IMG/VR virus record: IMGVR_UViG_3300031861_000375 | Span: 1 to 39,127 of that record | Strand: one strand, 5' to 3' | DNA length: 39,127 nt | Source of the DNA: a virus | Taxonomy: Duplodnaviria; Caudoviricetes | Shown here: piece after piece, positions 17,760 to 27,826 of the stretch | Layout: the number at the start of each line of letters is the position of its first letter | Position numbering within the stretch: the first letter of the stretch is position 1 | Translations under genes and position numbers: made by a program | Notes under the pieces: model-generated | Database searches by the model: none | What the model saw: only the letters and a program-made list of their open reading frames with translations | Told to the model about the DNA's origin: nothing

Positions 17760-18500
17760 TCAATCCACGTCCTTGATCAGCATGTACTGCGAGATGCCGC
17801 TGCCGACTTTGGTGGCGTCCTTCTCGGCCTTCGCGGTGAACTCCATGCCCTGGAACTCATCACCGATGAAGCTGAGCGATGCTGGGGAATGGTTGACCTT
17901 GAAGGCTTCGATGACCACCGGCTTGCCGGAGCGGGCTTCGTTCAGACCGATGAAGACCATACGGAAACGCTTGCCGGACTTAACCAGCGCTTGGATGGTG
18001 ACGTGCTTGGCGAAGGAGTAATCCACCTGGATTGTTTCAGCTGCACCGATGCCGCCGCCCTCAAGGATTTCAGGGAAGCCGGCTGCGTTGATCACGTAGT
18101 CAGTGTTTTCCACATAGGTGGTAGTGCCTGGCTCATCCTTCACAACGACAGAGGTGGCGCCAGGGTTGGCCAGCATGATCATCGCACCCGGGTTGGCCAC
18201 ATGCTCTTCACCGGTCACGGTGCCTGCAGCAACGTCAGCCGAGCCGCCATAGATAGCGCGGGCCATGTTGGCCTTGTTGAAGTGGCGGGCGTTGTAGGTG
18301 ATGTTCAGTGCCTGGATGCGCTGTACCGAGGAATCCAGACCGCCACCGGGGGTGGTGTAGTCCTGCTCTTCGATTTCCTGCGGGGTCGCTTCGTAGTTCA
18401 GCGAGTTGCAGTTACCGATGAACAGCAAGCCCTGCGAATCGTCCAGGTCTTCCAGATAGATCTTGCCTACGCCGAGGTAAGCGCCGCGTAAATCAGCCAT
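17760..18500 (-). CDS. Major tail (tube) protein
   Basis: FIGNCNSL, DYTTPGGG, GLNEARSGKPV motifs; synteny. Confidence 0.85.
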   Translation of the reverse strand: MADLRGAYLGVGKIYLEDLDDSQGLLFIGNCNSLNYEATPQEIEEQDYTTPGGGLDSSVQRIQALNITYNARHFNKANMARAIYGGSADVAAGTVTGEEHVANPGAMIMLANPGATSVVVKDEPGTTTYVENTDYVINAAGFPEILEGGGIGAAETIQVDYSFAKHVTIQALVKSGKRFRMVFIGLNEARSGKPVVIEAFKVNHSPASLSFIGDEFQGMEFTAKAEKDATKVGSGISQYMLIKDVD

Positions 18501-18681
18501 TGCTAGACTCCTTCTGCTGGCCGCCGATCACGCCCCGCTTGGTCAGCCAGGCTTTTTGATCTTCGGTAACTTTGATTTTGTCGCCCTTGCTGCAGGGCTG
18601 ACCTTTGTGGGTGTGCGCTTTATCGAGGACGACCTCGACCAAGACGGGCAGCTCAGCAGCCGTCTGCGATTTAGTGCTCAT
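18493..18681 (-). CDS. Small conserved phage protein
   Basis: 62 aa, HTHKG...GDKIKV...AWL pattern, between tail terminator and tube genes. Confidence 0.65.
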   Translation of the reverse strand: MSTKSQTAAELPVLVEVVLDKAHTHKGQPCSKGDKIKVTEDQKAWLTKRGVIGGQQKESSNG

Positions 18682-18684
18682 GGG

Positions 18685-19149
18685 TCACGCTCCGGAGGTG
18701 ATTACGGTGTGGAGATAAACGGGTATCAGCACGCTGGCCGCGCGCTCGCCATTGCCTGGCGGGTAGTGCTCGGCGGCGCCGAGGGTGAAGCCGGTAACGC
18801 CAATGCCGGTTGCCCACTCCACGTACTGGCCGCCAGAAGGCATCAGGCACTTGAGCAGATCAAGCTCTATGTCATCGAGCGCATCTTCATAGCCATCAAG
18901 GCCAGCATCGACGGCGCCGACCACGTTGAAACATGGGTAAGCCCGAATGGCGCCGGCGCCCTGCTCAGGCGGCTTGCCTTTGCCACGCTGAACAACTATC
19001 AGAGGGAAGCCGGATTCGTTTGAGGTGATGACCTCATTGAACCAGCCTGTTCTGACGTTTGATCCGGCGGTGGTTTCGTAGCCGTTGGCAGGGCTGATAA
19101 CCGATAGCCGATCGGTTAGCGCTTTGCGGCCAGTGGTTAAACGGTTCAT
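18685..19149 (-). CDS. Tail terminator-like protein
   Basis: ISPANGYETTAG motif; synteny upstream of tube gene. Confidence 0.7.
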   Translation of the reverse strand: MNRLTTGRKALTDRLSVISPANGYETTAGSNVRTGWFNEVITSNESGFPLIVVQRGKGKPPEQGAGAIRAYPCFNVVGAVDAGLDGYEDALDDIELDLLKCLMPSGGQYVEWATGIGVTGFTLGAAEHYPPGNGERAASVLIPVYLHTVITSGA

Positions 19150-19466
19150 GTATTCACCATGCAGGCGGCAGTCACCATATGCCCGTCATCCTCGATCACG
19201 TCCTCCACGCTGTAGCGCTTGCAGCCGTGCTGGAAGATCCCGCCACGGGTTACAGAGGTTAAGTCGCGCTTCTTCCAAGTGATGCCCACGGCATCACTGC
19301 GGAACAAACCTTCAGGCCCGACCCGCTGCAGGTTGTGATCAACCAGGACTTCGATGCCATAAACCGGCGGCTCACCATACTGGCCCTGGTAATCACAGAT
19401 GCCGTCATTGAGAGAAGACATAATGGCGGCATCCATTGCCGCCAATGCCTTGCCGAAACCGGCCAT
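19146..19466 (-). CDS. Head-tail joining protein (lambda FII-like)
   Basis: 106 aa after capsid gene; YSVEDVIEDDG C-terminal pattern. Confidence 0.7.
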   Translation of the reverse strand: MAGFGKALAAMDAAIMSSLNDGICDYQGQYGEPPVYGIEVLVDHNLQRVGPEGLFRSDAVGITWKKRDLTSVTRGGIFQHGCKRYSVEDVIEDDGHMVTAACMVNT

Positions 19467-19468
19467 GG

Positions 19469-20467
19469 TTAGATGGTCAGCTCGCGGACGGAGGCTGGGC
19501 GTGTGCATAGGTGCAGCGGGTTGGACTGCGCCTCGCCTTCCACGCCCTTGTCGTACTTCATCACCTCCAGCTTGGAGTAGTACGGCATGCCTTCGGTGTT
19601 GACCGTTTCCATGTAGTCAGCCGGGGCAAAGGCACTGATGAACAGCTCCGGCACACCCATGGGCACTACGTGGGCGCGGTCATCTGCCACGAATGGCATG
19701 TTCCCGATCTTGCCCTTGTAGCGCTCCCAGGTGATGCCACCGAACTCAAACGGAAGGCGACGATCACCCAACAGCTGCGAAGCGCGCTCCCAGCCTAGGT
19801 ATGCCTCGCGCACATTTTTTTGGGCGATAAATTTAGCCCAGTAGACCTTGCCGCAATAAGCATGGGCGCCCGTGCTGGTGACGGTGCCAAGCGCATCTTC
19901 CTGTGCATCCAGCACTTCGACGCACTTAGCAGCAACGTCAGTGTCTTGGTTCTCCAGCTCCATGCTGAAAACCTTAGGGCGCGCCATACCGAAGCGCTGG
20001 AAGATGTCGAACAACACGCTCTGGCCATCCGCATCGACCACCTTGCCCTTGATAGCGCCAATACGCTGAAACTCGTGGGTCAAGTCCAGCTGGCGGCGCG
20101 CCTTTTCCACACGCCGCGCAACGTAAGCCTGCACCTGCATCAGCTCGGTAAGGCTGCCGACTGCGCGAATGCCCTGGATTTCGTCCGCCAGGATCTGGAA
20201 GGTTTCCGGCAGGTGCACGGTGTTGAACGGGATCAGGTTGCGTTTGTTGCCGGTCACGACCTGGCCGGTACTACCGCGCGGCGCGGCCTTTACCAGCGCC
20301 AGGGTCATGCCGTCCTTTTCGATCTGCACGACGGTGCTACTAACGCCCTGTTCTTCAAACAGGCCCGCCGCGGCGATCTGCCCCGGCAGCACGTGGTCTT
20401 CGTTGATGACAGCGAGCAGCGCGTCAACGCCGAACGCCTCGTCCTGGAAAATGGTGATTTCGGCCAT
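19469..20467 (-). CDS. Major capsid protein (lambda gpE family)
   Basis: FAPADYMETVNT, QSNPLHLCTRP motifs. Confidence 0.93.
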   Translation of the reverse strand: MAEITIFQDEAFGVDALLAVINEDHVLPGQIAAAGLFEEQGVSSTVVQIEKDGMTLALVKAAPRGSTGQVVTGNKRNLIPFNTVHLPETFQILADEIQGIRAVGSLTELMQVQAYVARRVEKARRQLDLTHEFQRIGAIKGKVVDADGQSVLFDIFQRFGMARPKVFSMELENQDTDVAAKCVEVLDAQEDALGTVTSTGAHAYCGKVYWAKFIAQKNVREAYLGWERASQLLGDRRLPFEFGGITWERYKGKIGNMPFVADDRAHVVPMGVPELFISAFAPADYMETVNTEGMPYYSKLEVMKYDKGVEGEAQSNPLHLCTRPASVRELTI

Positions 20468-20535
20468 GGTGGGCTCCTAGAAATGCGAAACCCCGCAGGT
20501 GCGGGGCTTGGGGTAATGGGGGTTGCCAGTTGGTA

Positions 20536-21171
20536 TTAAGGGCGAATGACGAAACCCTTGGCGAGCAAGTCGGCGCGACCGTTGGTATCGAGGCCAGTGA
20601 GCAAGCGCTCAATCACCTCGGCGTCACGCATTACGCCGGCAGCGCGCACATCGTTCACGCTGGCATCCACCGAAGCGAACAGGATGCCGCTGGCAGCTCG
20701 ACGACCGTCGTCGGTGCCGTCGTCGTCATAGGCGGTGTATTCGCCCAGGCTGGCCACCACTGCCAGGGTGAAGCTGTCGTCAACGGCGAAGTCGGTAGCG
20801 CCATCGCTGAGGGTGAAAGTCAGCCCACCACCTGTAAACGCTTGGGCAACAGTACCTTCACCGACGACAGCGCCAGTGGGGTCTACCACTTCGAACTTAC
20901 CGCCGTTGGCGGCGGCTTCGGTGATGGTCAGCAAATAGCTGCCTGTGATAGCAGCACTGGTGACAGTCACCGAGCCGATAGTGCCATTGCCGGTGTTGCC
21001 GCCATCAGCGGTGGGGGTCAATGCGTTGGCAGCCGTGATCTGGGCGATCAAGGTGCCGGCTTTGAGAATACCGGAGCCGGCGGCGATGACCACCTCCTCG
21101 CGGCTGCGGGTGCCGTTGGCCTCCGAAAGGAGGAACTCACCGGTATACACGCCTTCGGTTTTGATGGTCAT
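20536..21171 (-). CDS. Head decoration protein with inserted beta-rich domain
   Basis: GEFLLSEANGTRSRE N-terminus and AASGILF...DAEV C-terminus flank an extra segment of about 95 aa. Confidence 0.82.
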   Translation of the reverse strand: MTIKTEGVYTGEFLLSEANGTRSREEVVIAAGSGILKAGTLIAQITAANALTPTADGGNTGNGTIGSVTVTSAAITGSYLLTITEAAANGGKFEVVDPTGAVVGEGTVAQAFTGGGLTFTLSDGATDFAVDDSFTLAVVASLGEYTAYDDDGTDDGRRAASGILFASVDASVNDVRAAGVMRDAEVIERLLTGLDTNGRADLLAKGFVIRP

Positions 21172-22379
21172 GCTTGTTTTCCTCCTTTCGAGGCTTGGGT
21201 ATTACGACGCCGGGTGTAGACCTGACTCGGCGTCGGGGGTTGGTGTGCGCTGGCCTGGGGAGCATCATCAAGCGGCGGCAGGTTGCTGATCTCGACCGTG
21301 CTGCTGTTGGTGGCCAGTTTGTCGAACAGCTTGGCCCGGGCCTGGTCACCAGTGAGTCCGGCCTCGATCAGGCCTTGAGCTTCATCCGGCAGCTTGGCCA
21401 CCAGGCAGGCGGCGCGTACTTCTTTGGCGCGGTTGAAGTGCGCCTGCACGGCATCGGTACTGGCCAGGGCGCTAGTACGGATGAGGTAGGGCAGGCAGTT
21501 GCTCAGCCCGGCCTGCTCGCAGTCCGCTGCCAGTTTGGCGGCCAGTTCGGAGGTTTCCTGGGTTGCGGGTGCCGGGGCCGGGTCGGGCTCAGGTTCAGGG
21601 GCCGGGGCGGGCTCTGGATCTGCCGGCGTATCGGGTTCACCTACCAGCAGCAGCGCGGCCGCTGGCACGTTGCGGTAGCGGTTGAGGATCTTGCCCAGGG
21701 CTGCGTTGTTTACCAGCGGCTCAACCTCGCCGAACACCTCATCGACAAAGCCGTGAGTCTTGGCCTCGCTGGCGGTGAGCCAGGTGGTGTCGTTGATCAT
21801 GCGCCGAAGCTCGGCGTCATCGATGTTCAGGGCGCGATGTTGGTAGCTGGCGACGATGCCTTCGAAGGCTTTGTCCATCATGTCGGCCATCTTGCGCAGT
21901 TCTTCGCTGTCGCCGGCCATCCAGGTCCAGGGGTTGTGGATCATGAACATGGCGTTGTCGGCCATGGTCACCCGATGCGCGCCGCACACTGCAACACTGC
22001 CGGCGCTAAAGCACGCCCCGTCAATCTGCCCAGTGCAGCGCTCGCCCAGAGCGCGCAGGGTGTTGTGGATGGCAATGCCGTCGAAGAGGTCGCCGCCCAC
22101 CGTGTCGAAGTGCACCAACACATCCGAAACGCCGTCGTCGACTTCCTTGAGATCGCGGATGAAATCACCGGAGGTCACGCCCCAGAAGCCGATCTCGCCG
22201 TAGATGTAGACCTCGATCAGCTTGCCACCCTCTTCGCCGGCAGCCTGGATGCTGTACCAGTGCTCGGCGCTGAGGGTTGGTACCCCTTCGGCGCGGTTCA
22301 GAATGCGCGGCTGTTCAAGGGCGCTGATACCCAAGCCGCCGAGCATTACCGCCAGCGCCAGTCGGTTGGTCATGTTCAT
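21168..22379 (-). CDS. ClpP-like prohead maturation protease with scaffold-like C-terminus
   Basis: IYGEIG, CFSAGS (Ser), MIHNPW (His), TWLTASEA..HGFVD; Pro-rich linker. Confidence 0.92.
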   Translation of the reverse strand: MNMTNRLALAVMLGGLGISALEQPRILNRAEGVPTLSAEHWYSIQAAGEEGGKLIEVYIYGEIGFWGVTSGDFIRDLKEVDDGVSDVLVHFDTVGGDLFDGIAIHNTLRALGERCTGQIDGACFSAGSVAVCGAHRVTMADNAMFMIHNPWTWMAGDSEELRKMADMMDKAFEGIVASYQHRALNIDDAELRRMINDTTWLTASEAKTHGFVDEVFGEVEPLVNNAALGKILNRYRNVPAAALLLVGEPDTPADPEPAPAPEPEPDPAPAPATQETSELAAKLAADCEQAGLSNCLPYLIRTSALASTDAVQAHFNRAKEVRAACLVAKLPDEAQGLIEAGLTGDQARAKLFDKLATNSSTVEISNLPPLDDAPQASAHQPPTPSQVYTRRRNTQASKGGKQA

Positions 22380-23836
22380 GATTTTTCCTCTTTCTCGTCC
22401 GCCATCGCGGCCGTATCGGTGGTGTAGTCGAGCCCGAGCTTTTGGGCCCGAAGGTTGTCGTCGGCGTTTTCTTGGTCGATCACTTCAGCGTCGTAGCCGC
22501 TGCGTAGCGCGTGCTCGCTGCGGCTGGCCAAACCACCTTTGATTTCCAGCAACTTGCCTTGCACGTCCTGTACGGGGTGCATGTAGGCCCAGCCCTGCGG
22601 TACCCAGCGTGTGCGCAGGTAGTCACGGCGCTTGCCTTGGTAATCGGGCAACTGGATGGCACCGGACAGCCATGCAGCGTCGAGCCAGGCGGCGCGCACT
22701 GGCCGGCAGAGCTGAAACACGTAAACGCCGAACTGGAGCTGTTCTATGCGGCGGCGGAACTCATTGAGCAGCACCCGCAACACACGATCGCTGATGTCGG
22801 CCATATCGCCGGTCAGCAACTCATAGGGCAGTTCGATACCCGCCGCTGCTGCCATAAGCTGTTGGCGCATGAAGTCGACGTAGGTGTCGCCGGCTGCTGG
22901 CGGGTCAGAGAACTTAACCTCCTCTCCCTCCATCAGCTCCTGCAAGGTGCCCGGTTCCATAGCCACCATCGGTACACCGTCGGTGTCCGTGGTGAACGGC
23001 TGTCCGGTTGCAGGGTCGATGGTCGGAGGTCCTTCCCCACGTGGCTTGGTGATGAAGCCGGCAAAGAGGTTGGCCACCTCCTGCCGGAACAACACCGCGT
23101 CGTCATAGTTGTCCAACGACTTGAGGCGCAGCAGCACAGGCGCCAGTCGCGGGATTCCGCGCAGTTGGCCGCCTTCCAACGGTTCAAAGATGTGCAGCAC
23201 CTCGCTGGCCGGAATTCGGTTCAGCGTGTTGTAGCTGGCACCCAGGGCTCGCGAGTCACCTGGGTGGTTCTTCCACATCCAATAGGCAACGCGCCGGCCG
23301 ACTTGATCGAACTCAATGCCAGCTCGAACCACGTTGCCGCGCCGCGTAACAAAGTTGCGATCCAGCGGTACAAACTCAGCGGCGAGAATCTGCAGTTGCA
23401 GCGGTACCGCCAAGCCATCTTCAGAGCGACGGTAACGTAGCCGCACAAAGCACTCGCCGGTCTCTTCTACCATGCGGGCAATTAGGCTTTGCTGTCCGTA
23501 GAAGTCGGTGAGGTTGTCGGCATCCGACTCGTCGGCCCAGTCACTCCATAGCTGGTTGACTGCACTGCGCAGGTCAGGGTCTTTGATCTGCGCACGCGGG
23601 GTGATGCCGGTACCGATCAGACTGCTGACTCGCTTGGAGATACCGCTTGCAGCCCAGGGGTTGTTGCGCACTGCCGCTTTAGAGCGTTTGCGCAGGGTCG
23701 GTAGAGCCGGTATAGCAACTGCGTTTAGCGCAGCATCGGGTGCGTCCCAACTTTGGGAGCGCCGCCCTTGGCCGGCACCTTCATAGCTATTGAGTGTCTG
23801 CAGGCGGCGCGGGTTGGCACGGATTCGATAACCCAT
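22376..23836 (-). CDS. Portal protein, lambda family
   Basis: GIEFD..GRRVAYW, GQLRGIP, LPYELLTGD motifs. Confidence 0.95.
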   Translation of the reverse strand: MGYRIRANPRRLQTLNSYEGAGQGRRSQSWDAPDAALNAVAIPALPTLRKRSKAAVRNNPWAASGISKRVSSLIGTGITPRAQIKDPDLRSAVNQLWSDWADESDADNLTDFYGQQSLIARMVEETGECFVRLRYRRSEDGLAVPLQLQILAAEFVPLDRNFVTRRGNVVRAGIEFDQVGRRVAYWMWKNHPGDSRALGASYNTLNRIPASEVLHIFEPLEGGQLRGIPRLAPVLLRLKSLDNYDDAVLFRQEVANLFAGFITKPRGEGPPTIDPATGQPFTTDTDGVPMVAMEPGTLQELMEGEEVKFSDPPAAGDTYVDFMRQQLMAAAAGIELPYELLTGDMADISDRVLRVLLNEFRRRIEQLQFGVYVFQLCRPVRAAWLDAAWLSGAIQLPDYQGKRRDYLRTRWVPQGWAYMHPVQDVQGKLLEIKGGLASRSEHALRSGYDAEVIDQENADDNLRAQKLGLDYTTDTAAMADEKEEKS

Positions 23837-24054
23837 TACGCCCCCTTACCACGACTGTAGAGCCGAACTTGCCGGGGCTGGCCTGCTCGCGCCTCCCGGG
23901 CGGCATCGGTTGCATACTGCGACTCCAGCATGCGCAAGCTGGCAAGCGCGGCGCGATCCAGACGGCGATCACCCTTGCTGATGCTCTGCCCGGTTTCTAG
24001 GATTTCCGTGATCGACGCCCGGACTTCATCCAGGCGCTGTTGTGCGCTTGCCAT
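23836..24054 (-). CDS. Head completion protein (gpW-like)
   Basis: 72 aa between terminase large subunit and portal. Confidence 0.75.
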   Translation of the reverse strand: MASAQQRLDEVRASITEILETGQSISKGDRRLDRAALASLRMLESQYATDAAREARAGQPRQVRLYSRGKGA

Positions 24055-24069
24055 GTGGGCGCCCTCTAA

Positions 24070-26040
24070 TCATCGTTTCAGGTAGGCGCTCCGGGATACC
24101 CGACGCGCAGTTGGTTGCGGTGCTGGCTTGCTGGAAGGCACGGGCGCAGGCCGGGGGTGCTGCTCATCATCTGCTCGCGCGGCACTGCCCGGCGCGGACT
24201 GGGCGAACAAACTGCCCTGGCTGACCGAGGCGCGTAGGCGACCCCACTCAGATTCGTGGTAACGGTGCAGACCCAGGAACTGGGCGGCAGCCTGGTTGTA
24301 AACCAGCAGGTCGAGCACTTCGTTGCGCTCAGCCTTGCCCTTCACCCAAACGGTGCGCTTGTAGCCCTTGACGTAAACGGTGATCTTCCTCTCGGCTACA
24401 GCCTGCTCGTAGAACTCGTCGGGCAGGTCAGTGGAGAAGTGCAACGCGCCAGGGCCATCGCGGAACGGGTAGCGGTTGTAGATCCAGTCCTTGGCTGTGT
24501 CGGTACCGATGATCCACAGCTCTGCGCCCTGCTTCTCGGTCTGGCCGTTGTGCTTCACGTCGACTTTCGAGGGGCGCTGGGCCAGCACCGGACGGCCTGG
24601 CTTGCTCGCGCCTTTCACGGCAATCACGTTGCGCCAGCGACGTAGCCGGGTGAACTTGTAGACCTCATCGGTGTGGTGGCCACCGGAGTCGATGGCCGTA
24701 GCGCAGATGGCCAGCTCAACGCCAGAGGCATGCCGATATCGGCGTTTCAATTGTTCGTCCAGTGCATTCCAGGTGCGCTCATCGGCTGGGTCACCCGCCA
24801 CAACCTGGAAGTCGACGACCCAGCGTTCGAGGCCCTCGCCCCAGCCGATCACCAGCATCTCAAGGCGGTTGTGCTGCACGTCTACTGCGGCGGTGAGAAT
24901 CAGCGCGCCGGGTGGTACCGAACCCAGGCGGTAATCCTCGGCCCGGGCCTTCAGCTCGGTAGCCTTGGTCATCGCTTGCGCGGAATCCCAGACCAAAGCC
25001 AGACGGGTGTTGTAGAACACCTGCATGGGTTCATTGTCGCCACGGTCAGCGGCCAGCTTGGCTTTGTCGTACTGCTTGGCCAGGCTCGACCAGGCCATCC
25101 AACCCAGCGGCGAATACAGGGCGTTGAGGTGGAAGCCCACTGTCTCGCCGTCGCCTTGTGCCGTGGCGCGCCACTCGCCCGCCTGGAGCATCGTGGTTTT
25201 GTGGTGCTCCTCGATCAGGGCACCACAGGCCTCGTTGCTGCAGAGGTAGTCAACGCGCTTGTAGTCGGCAGTCCATTTTAGACTTGCCCACTCAAGCACT
25301 TGATGCATGCCGCAATGGGGGCACGGGACGAAGTAGCGGCGCTTGTCGCTGCTTTCGTACAGGTCATCAATCCGCGATGCGCCCTTGATCGTCGGCGAGC
25401 TGGAGAAGTAAAACTTCGCCTTGCGGCCGAACGTGGTGCCGCGTGCCTCGGCGAGTTCAATGGGGTCGCCTTCGCTATCTACGTCCACATCCCAGCGGTC
25501 AATCTCGTCGCCGTACACATAACGTGCGGACAGTTCTGCCAGGTTGGCAGCGGAGCCGGCTGTGGTGCAGTAGAGCGTCCCACCCTCAAACTCTTTGGTG
25601 TCTAGGGTGTTGCGGGCATCACGCGAGCGCGGCTTGGCAACGCGCTTGGCCAGCTCCGGTACCGCCTTGATCGTTTTGTCGATCCGGCTGGATACCCGGC
25701 GAGCCAGTTTCTCGCTCGGCAGTAGCGCTAGGATGTTGGCCGGCGCCATATGGATGTTTCCGCCGATCCAGTTCAGCGCAATTTGCGTCTTCATCATCTG
25801 CGAAGCGACCATGGTCACCACGCGTTTACTGGGGTGAAGCGGCGACAAACAGCGCATTGGCTCGCGAGCGAACGGCGTGCGGTCGGTGTGGTACTTGCCG
25901 GGTTCTGCGGCGCCGGTGTCCTTCGGGATGCGCTGGTATTCGTCGGACCACTCGTCGATCCACAGTTCAGGGTCGAGCTCCAGGCCACGATGGTATGCCG
26001 CGCGGTACGTGGCGGCACCGTCGGCATACGGATGTTGCAT
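24070..26040 (-). CDS. terL: Terminase large subunit (lambda GpA family)
   Basis: ASQMMKT Walker A variant, YGDEIDRW Walker B, SSPT, CPHC, AIDSGG, RNEVLD. Confidence 0.96.
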   Translation of the reverse strand: MQHPYADGAATYRAAYHRGLELDPELWIDEWSDEYQRIPKDTGAAEPGKYHTDRTPFAREPMRCLSPLHPSKRVVTMVASQMMKTQIALNWIGGNIHMAPANILALLPSEKLARRVSSRIDKTIKAVPELAKRVAKPRSRDARNTLDTKEFEGGTLYCTTAGSAANLAELSARYVYGDEIDRWDVDVDSEGDPIELAEARGTTFGRKAKFYFSSSPTIKGASRIDDLYESSDKRRYFVPCPHCGMHQVLEWASLKWTADYKRVDYLCSNEACGALIEEHHKTTMLQAGEWRATAQGDGETVGFHLNALYSPLGWMAWSSLAKQYDKAKLAADRGDNEPMQVFYNTRLALVWDSAQAMTKATELKARAEDYRLGSVPPGALILTAAVDVQHNRLEMLVIGWGEGLERWVVDFQVVAGDPADERTWNALDEQLKRRYRHASGVELAICATAIDSGGHHTDEVYKFTRLRRWRNVIAVKGASKPGRPVLAQRPSKVDVKHNGQTEKQGAELWIIGTDTAKDWIYNRYPFRDGPGALHFSTDLPDEFYEQAVAERKITVYVKGYKRTVWVKGKAERNEVLDLLVYNQAAAQFLGLHRYHESEWGRLRASVSQGSLFAQSAPGSAARADDEQHPRPAPVPSSKPAPQPTARRVSRSAYLKR

Positions 26041-26042
26041 GG

Positions 26043-26621
26043 CTAATTCGGCTCCTTCGCCCCCTGCTCCAACTCGGAGTCCAATTGCACCAGGCTGGCG
26101 GCGTCCTCAAGGACACTACGCAGCAGCTCGGTCAGGCGGCGTTCCATTTCCCAGGAATCAGTGATGACCACGAGCTCGCCGGCCACCTTAGGCGGCAAGC
26201 CCAGCACTAGGTCACGTAGGGTGCGTGCGGCCGAGAAAGCGGCACGGTCAACAGCGGCACGCACAACCAGCTCGCCACGGCCTTTCAAGAACTCGTCTTC
26301 TGCCAGCAGCGCCAGGTAGTGCTCGCGGTGTGCACGGGCCTTCTGATAGTTGTCCCCACCGCTGGTTAGAACCGGCAATGAGGGCGGCGCCTGCGGCGTA
26401 ACCAGGGCATGCACACCTTTTTCGGCGCGGTCACGTTGGTGGCGATCAGCAACGCCTGCCTTGCTTGGGTCGGCGGTCTCGCCGAGCAGCGCCAGAGTGG
26501 CCTCAACCTCGACGTGGCCCTTTTCGCTCAGCACCAAACGCCCTTGTCCGGCCAACTTGGACACATAGGGCCGGGACCAGCCTTGGCTATCTGCGAACTC
26601 TGACTTCTTCATGACCGTCAT
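26043..26621 (-). CDS. terS: Terminase small subunit
   Basis: N-terminal wHTH (KSEFADSQGWSRPYVSKL) and GELV coiled segment; upstream of terL. Confidence 0.88.
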   Translation of the reverse strand: MTVMKKSEFADSQGWSRPYVSKLAGQGRLVLSEKGHVEVEATLALLGETADPSKAGVADRHQRDRAEKGVHALVTPQAPPSLPVLTSGGDNYQKARAHREHYLALLAEDEFLKGRGELVVRAAVDRAAFSAARTLRDLVLGLPPKVAGELVVITDSWEMERRLTELLRSVLEDAASLVQLDSELEQGAKEPN

Positions 26622-26629
26622 GAATTCAC

Positions 26630-26780
26630 CTGTTAACCAGAAACACGTACAGAGTTAACCGAATTAACCCCTGTTAACTAACCTCCGGAGCCTCCCACTA
26701 CCGCGAGAGCGGGGTTCGAATTACCCTTGAGCGGGCACCTACCCCAGGGTCCCCGGCTGTGGCACGCCATTGCCCCGAAC
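26630..26780. other. Probable cos packaging region
   Basis: Non-coding gap upstream of terS in a GpA-type phage; GTTAAC at 26632, 26654, 26673. Cut site not determined. Confidence 0.55.
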
Positions 26781-27515
26781 TCATCGGCCGCCGCGAGTTC
26801 CGAGCGCCCGAGCCAGCGCGAGCTCGAAGCGGATTGGCAGGCGATCCTCAGCAATGCGCTCGGCAACACCGAAGAAGTCAAAGCGCTTCGAGTACTGCGG
26901 CCGACGCCCGAAGGCGATGACCATGCGCATGCCAGTCGCGCCGCGCCCTGTCCGCTCGGCAATACCCAGCGGCCTGCTGCCCTTACGCAATATGAAATAG
27001 CGCTTGAGGTTGCCAGCACTGCGCTTGCTGTCTGTGCTGTTCGCGTACTTATCAAACTGCGACCCAAGACCAGACAGGATCTTGTTCATGGTGCCGCGAC
27101 TGATGTTCCCGTACGCATCCAACTTCATACCCTTGCCAGGCAGGATGTATTGCCCAGCTGGCAGCTGGGCCGCAGCAGTCAGCAACTTCTCGCTGCGCTT
27201 CTGATCACGCCCGCCGCCAAAGATTTGCGGCGCCAGCCACTCAGTGGCCGGCTTACCGCCACTACCCGGCGCCTGATCCTTCATCCAGACCCGGGCCTTC
27301 ATCCTCTCTTTCGTGGCCGGCTCAACGAACAGACTGTTCAACGTCCACCTGGTGGGCCGGTCAAATACGGTGGCCATCTCTTCAACCAGCCCATGCTTCA
27401 CATCTTGAGCAGTACCGGTCAGGGCAAGCGCCGCCGCAAAGGGCAACTGCTCACGCTCAAGACGATCCAACATCTGAAGGCGCTCGCGCAGCCCGGAGAA
27501 CTTGACCTCGATCAC
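26781..27515 (-). CDS. Basic phage morphogenesis protein (tail completion, gpZ-like)
   Basis: QLPFAAALALT, FDRPTRWTLNS, RFDFFGVA motifs; family assignment tentative. Confidence 0.6.
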   Translation of the reverse strand: MIEVKFSGLRERLQMLDRLEREQLPFAAALALTGTAQDVKHGLVEEMATVFDRPTRWTLNSLFVEPATKERMKARVWMKDQAPGSGGKPATEWLAPQIFGGGRDQKRSEKLLTAAAQLPAGQYILPGKGMKLDAYGNISRGTMNKILSGLGSQFDKYANSTDSKRSAGNLKRYFILRKGSRPLGIAERTGRGATGMRMVIAFGRRPQYSKRFDFFGVAERIAEDRLPIRFELALARALGTRGGR

Positions 27516-27826
27516 GGCCGCGCACTCGACCGCCGGTCCTGCCAGTCAATCTGAATGATCCGCGCCACGTTACCGCGCGCTCGGTACACCAGCAGCAGCA
27601 ACGCCGCCAGGATGATCAGCAGGAATGGCGACAGCGGCGTCATCACATGGCCCGACACCAACGCCAGCGACACAGACAGCGAGTAGCAACCCGAGCCGAC
27701 CGCCAGCGCCCATGCCAACAGCGAGACGCCCAACCGATAGCGGGCATCACCGCGCTGGTATGAAACAATCCTCAGGCAGATAGCGCCGCACAAAGCAGCA
27801 GCGACCAGCGTCCAAGGGTCAACCAT
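27512..27826 (-). CDS. Putative 3-TM phage holin
   Basis: Three hydrophobic segments, YQRGDARYR and ARGNVARI motifs. Confidence 0.8.
   Translation of the reverse strand: MVDPWTLVAAALCGAICLRIVSYQRGDARYRLGVSLLAWALAVGSGCYSLSVSLALVSGHVMTPLSPFLLIILAALLLLVYRARGNVARIIQIDWQDRRSSARP

Noticed and set aside
21174-22427. Long plus-strand ORFs opposite structural and replication genes (also 11175-12119, 22511-23440, 30046-30975, 31021-32049)
   Set aside because: Antisense shadows of high-GC coding genes; no motifs or RBS support.
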